Shown piece after piece: positions 37,165-49,000 of a DNA stretch of 64,000 bases. The DNA comes from Nymphaea colorata (Eukaryota). The translations under genes and the position numbers were made by a program. The notes beneath the pieces are model-generated. The model did not search any database and was not told the origin of the DNA. It saw nothing but the letters and a program-made list of their open reading frames with translations. How positions within the stretch are numbered: the stretch's first letter is position 1; each line of letters opens with the position of its first letter. The stretch covers positions 16,926,001-16,990,000 of the forward strand of contig NC_045138.2 in the NCBI RefSeq assembly GCF_008831285.2, read 5' to 3'.

Positions 37165-40109
37165 GAATTATAGGTAATCTCTCTGCAGGCGGAAAAGCAG
37201 ATTAATGCATTTCTAGCAGTTCAGCAGCAAACTTAGTATACGTTTCTTTATTTCCAGTTAGAAGCCCACTTTTATAACTTTCGATAATTCCAGTAAGAGG
37301 GACACCATTTCTAGTTCTCCTGATCTTGCCATGCGCTTCTTGAAAACTGAAAATAAGGGCCTGACTGAAACTTAAGGCAGGAATCGGATAAGGGGACGCG
37401 AACCCTGCATCAGGAAAATAATAAAAGTTGCAACACTTCTCTGAAATTACGAGCAAAATGGGTGCCCACATAGAGAATTTCCCAAAAGAAAGATTAGATA
37501 ATTTCACTTTTCAATGTTATGCCATTAACATTAGAATGCATGTTCCCATGTTTTATTATAAGACCAAAATAATAATTTTCCTTTACAAGGAGCATGAGCA
37601 TTTTGGTCATTTGCACCCTTTACTTTAGCAGTTGGATTTGGAACCCTGGTAAAACATAATAAAAACCAGCCCCACATTAATCACTCATTACATATAAAAT
37701 ATACAAATTTAATATATAAACATAATATTCATAATAAAAAATACATATGAATATAATATATATATATATATATATATATTATCAGATGGAATTGGGCTGC
37801 ACAAAGCCATTTTTGTGGCCTGGGCACTAGGAAGAAAAGGTCAAGCATTTGATCTGATGCCCACGTTTACTTCTAAACAAGCAAAAAATTCTATTTCTCT
37901 TGATAAAATTTGATAAAAGCTGTATAGAGTTGAGTACCTATACCTATTTTTGAGTTAAAGAAAGTTGTTACAAATAGAAGGCATGAGAGATGCTATAAAT
38001 GCTAAAGCAAGAAAATTGGATGACACCCAAAAATAATTTTTGCAGGTTAAAGAGACGATTTTACTTGCAAACCAATGTATCATGAGCGTCTGGATGGTAA
38101 TAAAAAAGAGTTTTTATAAAGTCATTTTCTATGAAAACCATTTTTCAAAAAGGAGTGAATAACTTGCTAAAAATTTTCAAACTCTTTTTTTTTTTCGAAT
38201 ATTTGCATAGAAAAACCCCATCGTTTGCATTTTACAATTAAGCGCCATGAGTAGGCCTTTTCTTTAAAATGTGAAGAGCAGATTAGGTTGGAGACTCCAT
38301 TTTATAGTTGAATATTTTATGGGCAAAAGGTTCAAGTTATTCAACGGTTAGTATATGATTTTGGGATTTTGGATTTTCTTTGACCTTCGCAAATCTGATA
38401 ATGTTTTTAAATTATCTGAATCTGAATAATCTGTATTTATAGACTATGTCGACTAAAAAATCTTATATAAATCCCTTAACTATTATACACTTTAGAATCT
38501 ATGAACTTTATATGAAATTTTAAATGTCTAAGCCGGTGTTATTAAATCAAATTGTTCTGGCCGCCTACTCAGTTAACTCCCCAAACTGTCCTTCAGGTGA
38601 TTTGATCCGGAATAGATAACAGAAAGTTACAAAGAAAAAGAAAACTTTAAAAAACATCAAAAAAGCATAACAAGCAAATTGTGTGAGAAGAAACTTAGTT
38701 CAAGTCGCTAGAGTTGGAGAAATTTTTCATATAATCTTATACAAAGATAAAAAGGTAAAAGATACCCACAAATATTAGCCTCCACAAACTTAGGAAAAAA
38801 TTAAAAAGGATATAAGATACTCGGTTTACTTTATTTAAATCTTAGAGTTCACATTGTTTTCTTTTGAATCATAATAAATTTTTAGGGACAGAAAAAAAAA
38901 AAAACCACTCACCCTAATTCATTTGTGAACAGAATCGGATTGAAATTTATAATTTTAAGTGAGAGGTTGAAGGCGAAAGAGAATTGAATACAAACCTCTT
39001 TTGGAAAATAAACCTAATTCTTGTCATATTCATCGTGTCCGTGTGACGAGTAATTTAACTCACCGGAAGTCCCGAAGGTTCTTTTTAGGGGCCGTAATGC
39101 CCCTTTCTTCTTTCTCTCTCTTCGATTTGGGGGTGTGAAAGGGAAAAAGCCTCGGCTGCCCCTGCAATTCTCGTCTTCCATCCCATGCCCTTTCTTCCTT
39201 TCTCCCTTTCCCGGCACGTCCTCTGAAGGGAGGAGAAGGGGAAAAGCCCCCAAATTAGCCAGAAATTACCCAAGGATTTGAGATCCTGCCATCCTCTCCC
39301 CTTCCCTCCATCCTCCCTCTGCAAATCTTCCCCGCCATTTCCCCTCCCCACCTCGCTCTTCCTTGCGGGTATCCCTCGAGGCGGAAGACCTCCTGTCCTG
39401 CCTCTTGTTCCTTGAGTTTAGGGTTTTGCAGGAACCGGTTCGAGGCTCTGTTGGGTTCGCTTCTGATTCTGGCGCTTTTGAGGGAAGAGTTTGAATATTT
39501 GGTGGGGTTTGGAGGTGAGTTAGGGGGTTCGTTGGTGGTGGAAATTGAAGGGTTCTTCCCGGTTCTGGGATCAGTTCGGACGTCTTCTTGCGAGGTACTG
39601 ACTGTACATCTTTTGGTCCATTTTCCCCTCTTTTTTGTGGTTCTGATTTCCGTTGAACTGCTGTGGTTTTGCTGGAATGTGAATTTGGGAGTTCTTGTGG
39701 TTGTCGGGTTGTTGCCGTTTTTCGTTTTCTGGGGTTGGTTCTGGTACTGGTGTTTGTTAGTCAGCTGGTTTCGTTGCTTGTTTTGGCTTTGTTTTTGCTT
39801 TTGGGGTTTCTTTGACTCTCCTTTTTTTGGCTTTGGTGATTGTTTAGTGCTCGAGATCAGTGTGTATGTGGGAAATTCGATGGTGTTACTCGGTTCGTTT
39901 GGACTCTGCGGTTAGGAAACGGAAGCTTGAATACCCTGATGAAGGACAGCTTCTTGATCGAGGGACTAGCTTTTCTGGATGGTGCCGGCGACTTGTCTTA
40001 TGAAGTTCATTAGTTTGAGTAGTTTTTGAAGGAAATTCGGAATTTGTGGGTTCTTTTTTGTCGCTGCAAGAGAAAGGGTGTTCGCTATCGAAAAATCCTA
40101 GCTTTCTGA

Positions 40110-42248
40110 ATGGCAAACCATGAATTGGCTCTTGGGCAGGCCCACAGCTTGGATCTGCGGCAGGCCCACACTCTAGGCCTTAGCCAAGCTCATGATTTGG
40201 CTCTGCGCCGGAGCCATGATCATAGCTTAGGCCTTGGGCACAGCCACGAGCACGAACTGGCGCTTGGCCAGAGCCATGGCCTCGCCCTCGCGCCACATCC
40301 ACATGAACTGGATCTCTCGGACAACCATGGCCTTCATGGCCATGAACTCACTATTGCGGAAAATCACGAATTGGCTATGGACCACAATCCAGACTTAGGT
40401 GTCAGTAGTGGCCAGGAGCTGGTCATCTCGTCGGAGCAGCCGCCGTCAGTTGTAACTAGTCAGGCCCTTGTTACACCTATTCGTCAGTCCCGAGCTCTCG
40501 TTGCAGACCCAAGTCATGAGCTCACAGTCGGGCAGGAATTTCCTGATGTGAAGAGCTGCCGAAGAGCCTTGAGAGACGCTGCTATAGCCTTGCATTTTGA
40601 GATTCAGACCGTGAAGTCAGACAAGACAAGATTCACAGCTAAATGTGCCAGTGAAGGTTGCCCATGGCGAATTCATGCTGCAAAGCTTCCTGGCGTTCCT
40701 ACTTTTACAATAAGGACTATTCATGCCCAACATACTTGTGAGGGCATCACACACTTGGGGCACCAGCAAGCTTCAGTTGGTTGGGTTGCCAGCTCCATGG
40801 AAGATCGTCTTCGAGAAAATCCGTCTTATAAACCAAAAGACATACTTGAAGACATACATAGACTTCATGGGATCACCCTAACATATAAACAAGCATGGCG
40901 TGGAAAGGAACGTATAATGGCTGCTGTTCGTGGTTCATTTGAGGAAGGCTATCGTCTTCTACCACAGTATTGTGAGCAAATCAAGCGGACTAATCCTGGT
41001 AGTATTGCTTCAGTGTATGGTATAGGTCCTGACAATTGCTTTCAGCGCTTATTTATCTCATTTTATGCTTCCATCTATGGTTTCGTAAATGCTTGCCGTC
41101 CACTCCTTGGGCTCGACCGGACAGTGTTAAAGAGCAAATATCTAGGGACCTTGCTCTTTGCTACAGGATTTGATGGTGATGGTGCATTGTTTCCACTGGC
41201 ATTTGGAGTTGTTGATGAGGAAAATGAAGAGAGCTGGATGTGGTTTTTGTCTGAACTCCATAATCTGCTTGAAATGAATACTGAAAACATGCCTAGGCTA
41301 ACCATCTTGTCTGATCGGCAGAAAGGCATTGTAGATGGTGTTGAAGCAAACTTTCCCACTGCATTTCATGGGTTCTGCATGCGACACCTCAGCGAAAGCT
41401 TCCGCAAAGAGTTCAACAATCCCATGCTGGTGAACCTTCTGTGGGAGGCTGCCTATGCCCTCACTGTTATTGAGTTTGAGGCCAAAATATTAGAAATAGA
41501 AGAAATATCACAAGATGCAGCCTATTGGATCCGACGTGTTCCACCTCGTCTTTGGGCTACTGCTTATTTTGAGGGCACAAGGTTTGGACACCTAACAGCA
41601 AACATTGTGGAGTCGTTAAATACATGGATGCTTGAGGCATCTGGATTACCAATTGTTCAGATGATGGAATCCATCCGAAGACAGTTAATGACATGGTTCA
41701 ATGAAAGGAGAGAAACTAGTATGCAATGGAATTCTATCCTTGTACCATCCGCCGAAAGGCGTGTAGCTGATGCAATTGACCAGGCTCGCAATTATCAAGT
41801 TCTGCGTGCAAACGAGGCAGAATTTGAAGTTATATCTCATGAAGGAACCAATATTGTAGATATCCGAAACCGTTGCTGCCTTTGCCGTGGCTGGCAGTTG
41901 TATGGCTTGCCATGTTCACATGCTGTTGCAGCACTCATCTCTTGTAGACAGAATGTTAATCGATTTACTGAGAGTTGTTTCACTGTCACAAATTATCGCA
42001 AGACCTACTCTCAGACAATTCACCCTGTTCCTGATAAAACATTGTGGAAGGAATTGTCTGAGAATGCACAAAATGGTGGCGATAAAGTTGATATTGTAAT
42101 AGCCCCACCCAAGTCTCTCCGGCCACCAGGACGCCCAAGGAAGAAAAGAGTACGTGCAGAGGATCGTGATCGTGTAAAGCGAGTTGTCCACTGTAGCCGC
42201 TGCAATCAGACAGGGCATTTTAGGACAACATGCACGACACCTATATAA
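40110..42248 (+). CDS. MUG: MUSTANG-A domesticated Mutator-like transposase, 712 aa (copy 2)
   Basis: Collinear with 29880-32018 without indels, with the same domain set and intact DDE residues. Confidence 0.93.
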   Translation: MANHELALGQAHSLDLRQAHTLGLSQAHDLALRRSHDHSLGLGHSHEHELALGQSHGLALAPHPHELDLSDNHGLHGHELTIAENHELAMDHNPDLGVSSGQELVISSEQPPSVVTSQALVTPIRQSRALVADPSHELTVGQEFPDVKSCRRALRDAAIALHFEIQTVKSDKTRFTAKCASEGCPWRIHAAKLPGVPTFTIRTIHAQHTCEGITHLGHQQASVGWVASSMEDRLRENPSYKPKDILEDIHRLHGITLTYKQAWRGKERIMAAVRGSFEEGYRLLPQYCEQIKRTNPGSIASVYGIGPDNCFQRLFISFYASIYGFVNACRPLLGLDRTVLKSKYLGTLLFATGFDGDGALFPLAFGVVDEENEESWMWFLSELHNLLEMNTENMPRLTILSDRQKGIVDGVEANFPTAFHGFCMRHLSESFRKEFNNPMLVNLLWEAAYALTVIEFEAKILEIEEISQDAAYWIRRVPPRLWATAYFEGTRFGHLTANIVESLNTWMLEASGLPIVQMMESIRRQLMTWFNERRETSMQWNSILVPSAERRVADAIDQARNYQVLRANEAEFEVISHEGTNIVDIRNRCCLCRGWQLYGLPCSHAVAALISCRQNVNRFTESCFTVTNYRKTYSQTIHPVPDKTLWKELSENAQNGGDKVDIVIAPPKSLRPPGRPRKKRVRAEDRDRVKRVVHCSRCNQTGHFRTTCTTPI

Positions 42249-45200
42249 GTCTTCATTGTGAGTAGTGGCTAGATTATTTGAGGTACCCATATCTTCTTGT
42301 GAAAAGTTTAGGAATGTTCTCTGTAATCAGACCTACTGCCTTTTATTGGAAATTGAGGTCTCTTGTTCATTTTCATTCTCAAGTATATTGTTTTATTATC
42401 ATGTAGGCTACTCTAGGCCTTCTAGACTGTTCGGCTATGCATCACATGTCTTAGTTCTCTCTTCAGATAATGCCCATTTTTTAATGTGACATCACATGGC
42501 ATGCTTCTAGAGACTATCAGCTGTTTCCTGGTTTTCTTTTTGGTTAAAAAAGAAAAAACATAAATACCTATGATGCTTTTTATGATTGTACAAATTACCT
42601 AGTTAATTAGTTTGATATACCTTGCCTTTGAAGAAGTTTACATGTAAAATTCAAAGCTAATCTGAAAGACACCAAGTATGCATTTTTCCTGCATCTTGTT
42701 GAGATCTGAAGAAAGTTATGCTAGCAATGCTACAACATTGTAATGAACTGACTCGTTGCCATGGAAATCTTATACGACTCTTATGCTTTGTTTGTTATGC
42801 ATATTCTGCTGAATGCACATTCAACAACATCCGACCGCTACTGTTATTTGGTTCTTTTTAATTGAGTATTTCCTGATAACGTAGTAATATTTTGAGGCTT
42901 TCGGGGCCTTCAGACCAAGGAAGCTAAAGTGACAACGGAAGCTGTTGATGATGGATAGTCCGATAACGTTTTAAAACTTAAAATTTCTGGGACATGAACA
43001 AGTGATTCATGCATTTGGGGGCTGAAGTTGCATGTCCGGGGTGTTCAGCTGATGCAGTCTTCTGTTCTTAGGTCCTCAGGAGGTCGAGTGCTGCCAGTTT
43101 GCTAATCTGGGAATTCAGTTTTTTAGCTGTACATGGTCTTCTGTATTGATCTAGTTTTCCTTGAGCGGACCATCTTCAAGCAACTTCAAGTTTAGTTTGT
43201 TTTGTCCGGGGCTGCTGCAAGGTCACCCCGAACCATCTCACCGGTTTTAAGCTCAAGTGCTTCTTGATGAACTTCAGCCCTCGGTAGCAGGGTGAATGAT
43301 TAATGTATGTAAACAGCACAGTATCTGCACTTCTCAACTATCTGCACTTCCAGCTGCCATCCGTAACCCTTGCAATCCATACAGATCTGTATTTCTAATT
43401 TTGAATGCCAATTCAGTGAGGTGTGAGCGTTCTGTTCTGATGTGGATCTTTTAGTTCGTAATCTTTATCACCCTTCTTGACTTATGGAGTCAAATTTGAA
43501 TAACTACCGAGAAATGATTGGGTCTTGAATCTCTTCTTTTTTTCAGCTTCTTGCTTCTGCTTTTGGAAATTTCTTGTTTCCCTGGGAATCTTTCTAAACT
43601 GGTTTTCTCGATCTAACCAAGAACTGGAATTTCTCTAGTTGGAGAAGGCAACCATTCACGTACAATTTTCCGGTGATAATCCTATTTGCCTTGTGACAGG
43701 AATTTTTCAGAGAGTATCTCCTCGTGGTACGGAACGGTACCTCTTGCATGATGGTGATGTTTCTTGCATGATGGTGATGTTGGAGGCACAACTATCTTTT
43801 TCTCGGAAAAAAAGGAAATATCTGGTAAATCCCTTGAGCAACAGCATGTGCGTTCGGTGCTCGCACATGAGTGTGTATGTGCCTGTGCCGTGTCTACGAA
43901 GTGTTGAAGAATGATGTTAATGCAAAACACATGGATAAATTGATACAAACCTCGATGTTCTTCTGACGCATAAACTTGCTTAAGTGTCACGTTACATCAT
44001 AAAACAGATTTAAGGATCGCCAAAAGTCTACGTTTTTTCAGAAGCATCGGCATGAATGAGCAGCACTTTCTTCGGGCAGCAGTACTAGTTCTATAACAAA
44101 GCACAGGGTTCATGGTTTTTGAGCTACCCATAGAGTTCATGTATGTATATATATATATATATCAACCAACCATTTAACACTGTATATGAATGAATGAGAG
44201 AAAAACAAAAAAAAAAAGTGATAAACTAATATTACATGACAAAAACGTTGATAACTTTTTTTCTCTTTGTGCTTCTCTTAACTATCCATCATAATGGATG
44301 GAACAGTATTGATTAGATGGTTGAGTAACTCTGATATACATATATATATATAAGCTAAACTTAATCTGATAATATAAATAAATTCAACATAATCTCTTTT
44401 GACGAACATTTTTAACTTATCAAATGTAGGTGCATTTCTAAATTGCTTATGGTTCATACTCATCAAATCTTTTTGCAGGTTGGCAATTTGGTGACTTGGT
44501 TGAATGATTGTAGGGCGGGAAACGATAAGGCAAAAAAAGAATTCAAGACAAGACCATAAAATCACCATATATGTATCATCATTTTATATATATATATATA
44601 TATATATAGTGTGTGTGTGTGTGTGTGTGATTATTTTCCAAGTCTTTGGATGAGCCGACTTTGGACGTGATTTTCGGGCAGCCTCCTACTGTGGGTGCAA
44701 ATTAATTTTCTGTATGTCAGATGAGGTGTCCGTTTTCTGTTGGTTCTCATCTCTTCACAATGATCAACAGGTGCAGCCATGATTTGAGCCAGTGTTTGAG
44801 ATTTGTACTCAGAATTTGAAGCTGTTGATGCTCTTGAGCGACATTCAGAACACTTACAAATGAATGGGTTGACAGAGAAAGGCTCTATCTGTGATAATTT
44901 GGTGCCATTCACCTGATTGCAACCAAGGAATCCGTTACCTGATCTACCACTTTGTTCCTTCGGTGCTAACCATTGCTTTAGTCTACTGGAAATGGTGTCT
45001 TCAAATGATATGGTCATGTATCTGCTAAATGACATTGATGGATGGCTACTGTTATAAGCATTGGATAGGAATTGTTACGAGACTTTGGACGCTGCACTAT
45101 GCATGATTGAATGAAACCAACTGACGGTGGCGACATCATTGAAGAATTGATCCACTAGATGCCTTCATCTGCTTTCATTAAACGGTGGAAGGATTGATTC

Positions 45201-46070
45201 ATCAGTCATCACAGGGCTGTGCTGTTTGCAGATTGCAGGAGTCGTCGTTTCGGCGTGGAGTTTTGATAGGATATTGACAACACTGGTTTGCCTTGTTATG
45301 GGAAATCTGAAACCTTATTACCAATCCTTTTGTTTATCTAGTCTGCAGACCTGCTTTTCCAAACTAAGAACGGTTGCAAGGATCAGTCAGACAACAAATT
45401 TCAATTTGGATAAAAAACCTTAGGAACATGTTACACAAACCAAATGGTCATTTCTTGCAAACTGAATCATGTTCATCACAATTACGCGGTGAAATTTGAT
45501 CATAAACTTGAAAATTACCAAACCATCTGTCTCTAAAAGGTATCCAACTCAACCCGTGTCCTTGGTAGTCCGAGTACCTTACACAATGGCAATCCAGTAA
45601 AAGCCAAGATGGAAAAACCACTAATGAGGAAAAGCTTTTAGGCCAATTTCAAGCACTCTCCAGTCTCCACTGCCTAAAAGACTTATAACTAAAATGGCAA
45701 TGAAACCATTGAAACTTGAAAAAGGAATCACGATAGTAAACGAAAATCTCAAAGCCACAGTTTTAGGCTGATAAAAGACTTGGCATGGAAATCATTAGCC
45801 ACTACCATCATTACCATCGCCTTAATAATAATGGAACCCGGGCAAAATGCATGAACAAGTGCTTTGAAAATTATAACTTCCAATTAAGAGCTACAGAACA
45901 TGTCATAATGTACACAAATTGCAAAAGGCTCCATCAATTTGCTAATCTAAAGGACACGGATACATTATCTGAACATTCTGCCTACGCCAACACAATTCTC
46001 TGCAAAAAACTATCAGGGTCCTCGAGTTAAGCCTGGATCACAAAGCACGCGTACTAAATGCTGAAGTTGC

Positions 46071-49000
46071 CTAGTATCCATAATTGCCACCATAGACTGA
46101 TCCATAACCTCCAGCAGGAAGACTAGCAGGCCCAGGGTTGGAAGGCGGTGAGGAGTACATGGACTTCTGTGGAGGATAAGAATTGTACGCAGAATCAACA
46201 GAGTTGAGCTGATTTTGTGTTGGTCCTGCAGCTTCAGCCATGAAATTCTGCAAAACCAGTGTATTCTCATCAGGAAAGCAAAAATCACCATAACAAGATA
46301 ATTCTGTAAGCGGTTGAATCCAACTTCTATGGCAAGGAACCATTTTCAAGGTAAGACACAAATATACCTGGTGTAAGCTTCTCTAGGTAGCAGTTGACAG
46401 ATCTTTAGTTTTTAAATAGAAAAACTAGAACAGGTTGACCTTCTTTTCACAGCCATGGCTAATGACTCACAATCAGGTTATATTTGATGAACAGCATAAA
46501 GAAACTGTTCCACATATAGCTTAGAATGTTGAAACGAGACGAGTTTTAACTGGGCCATGTATTATGCATGTGCATACAAGTCGCATTTCAACTTTGAACT
46601 CCAAGAGATTGCACTTCAAAGTTTTTAATTGTAACCGACTGAATCCTACATACCTTGTATGGTGAGGCCACCATTTTTCCTTTGTTCTATGTTAGAAAAA
46701 AAATCTATTGTATTATCAGGGGAAACCATTATTCTGGACTAAACAATCTTTTTTTTGTCGAAAACAAAAAAGCATTGAGTTGCCATTCTCAATGATCAAT
46801 CATGGAAGAAAATTGCTCGAAGACAACCCAAGGAGGCACAACTTTACTGTGTTCCCTAATGGAACTAACTCAATGGTGAGTTTTTGCTTACATTCAAAAT
46901 TTTCAACTGGAGAGAAGCAAAAAAAGGTAATTCATTGATAAAGCATAAAATAAAATAATAATAACTTGGGAAATAAAATAAACTTAAAAGATCAGACTCA
47001 TACCTGTATCAACTGCTGAGCAGTTTGTACTTGACTTGCAGACCCATTAATTTCAACAGTCATCTCTCCTGGAACACCCCTAGTTTCTTGGATAGTGATA
47101 GTGGCTCCACTAGCACGCCGTATATAGCTAATACTCGAGCCACCAGCTCCAATCACAGCATCAGCATATGACAATGGAATTTGCATATGCTGAGTAACCT
47201 ACAAAAGATCACATCCGACTGTCAAACTTATAAAAAGTGATATTTCAATTGAACGTAATCCACCATTTCTCTAATTTTAGTTACAAAACAAAAGTGATAA
47301 AAGTCAGCAAACACATAACTACCTGGGTAATTACTGGTTGTGGCTGTGCATTCGGCAATTGATGACCCATTGGTGCATCTCTTCCATAAGCAGACAAAGC
47401 TTGGTGAGAGTGTTTATCAACACTAGGAAGATCAGATGGTGGATAGTAGCTGTCTAGCTGACGTTGAGGAGGCATATACTGTGAACTGTTCCCAAATCCA
47501 GAACCGCCAGCACCTGGAAATAGACCACCTTGATGGTGGCCCCATGGTTGAGGTGGCATGTTTGGTTCCAAATGTGGATTCATGGACATCTGTCAAAAGT
47601 GCCACAAGAGAATGCCAAACACAATTAATTGCTTTCTAAACCTAAGAATATAAAACATGTTCAAAGAAAATGATGCATCAGGCCATCTAGACACATCAGA
47701 AAAGAAAAAAGAAATGAAACTTCAGTTCAGATTGCTTATCCCATTGTCCAGTGTCATGCTTCATGCAAAACAGCATTGGAATACTTGCATTTGTTTCAAA
47801 TAGTGGAAGCACGCTCTTATCGACCAGGAACTTCCTCAATTGCGAGGCAATCAATTCAACTGCTTTATGCACGCCTGTGGGCTCCCCTTGTATCTCAACA
47901 ACTCTATCATCTGCTAAAGCACAAACTGGCAGGTCCTCTACAGATAAAAGGGAAACAGAACATAAAAAAAAAAAAAGATTGAAGCTGCTATAGAAGTCAA
48001 ATGTTTAGAATTAGATCATAAATACGCCTAGTAGAACACCATCTTTTCTGAAAGTAAGAGGAACCCTTGACACAATAGTTGTTCCTTGTTCCCCAAAAAA
48101 AAGTCAACCTAGTCTGAACCATGATGCTTCTGCAACAGCTGCAAATTTGTTTTGAGGAGACCAAATTACACATACTATACAACTTCAAATTTTTTATCAT
48201 TGGTTATAGCCTTATTGGCCAAAGGTTTTCCTGACTTTGTTCTTCATAAACTAAGAAAACTGAGGAGAGATCTTGCTAATCTTAGTAGTTAGCATCCTTC
48301 ATCACAAACCAGTTTTATAAAAATCACAAATTGACATCGGATCAGCCAGGATGCCGGTTCAATGAATTGGCTGACTCAGCAATTTAGCTGAATCAGTTAT
48401 GAATCAGAACAAACATTACTAAGATATATATAAGTATGTAGGGAAATATGAAAAGTAATTTCAAAGGACCTTTAAAATCTTTAAAAATAATTAAATGAAT
48501 AGTCTACAGACTCTACACCATGTGGTTCTATTGGATCAACCAGTGAATCAATACAATTTGCCAAAGTTGATTTGAATCGGCCATTTCGGGTCAATTTTAA
48601 ACAACATTGTCATAAATATTAATCTTAGTGGTTAGCATTAAACATCACACTGCAGCAACATCATAATATGGACAGTTATACCCTTTTGAAAATGAATGAA
48701 GAGACCAAGAGTGCACTTTTGTTAGCTAAAGGATAAAAGGAAGAATCAGATATCAGCACCCCAAAAGATGCACTGAAAAATTAAAAGGCAACTCAAAACC
48801 ACCACCAGGTTTCTTGTTATTAAATGAGTAAATATAGCTCAATTACAGCTTTACTTTACATTAAAATTGAACAAATTTCTAAATTATAGAAGTCATCAGA
48901 TTATTCTACAATCTTTCAGGTCTAAATGACAAGTTATATATTGATTTTCTTTCCTAGTCAATGAAACCTGGCCCAAGTCACGCGTTGATAGTAGAAGTAG

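Noticed and set aside
39412..39915. 167-aa hydrophobic ORF upstream of MUG copy 2
   Set aside because: Arises from the T/G-rich 5'UTR and intron; frame not conserved in the paralog.
29880..42248. Two active autonomous MULE transposons
   Set aside because: No TIRs or 9-bp TSDs seen; shared flanks are gene-like (UTRs, FLK remnant); the proteins match the host MUSTANG-A type.
44631..45035. 134-aa minus ORF between MUG copy 2 and FLK
   Set aside because: No recognisable homology or support.
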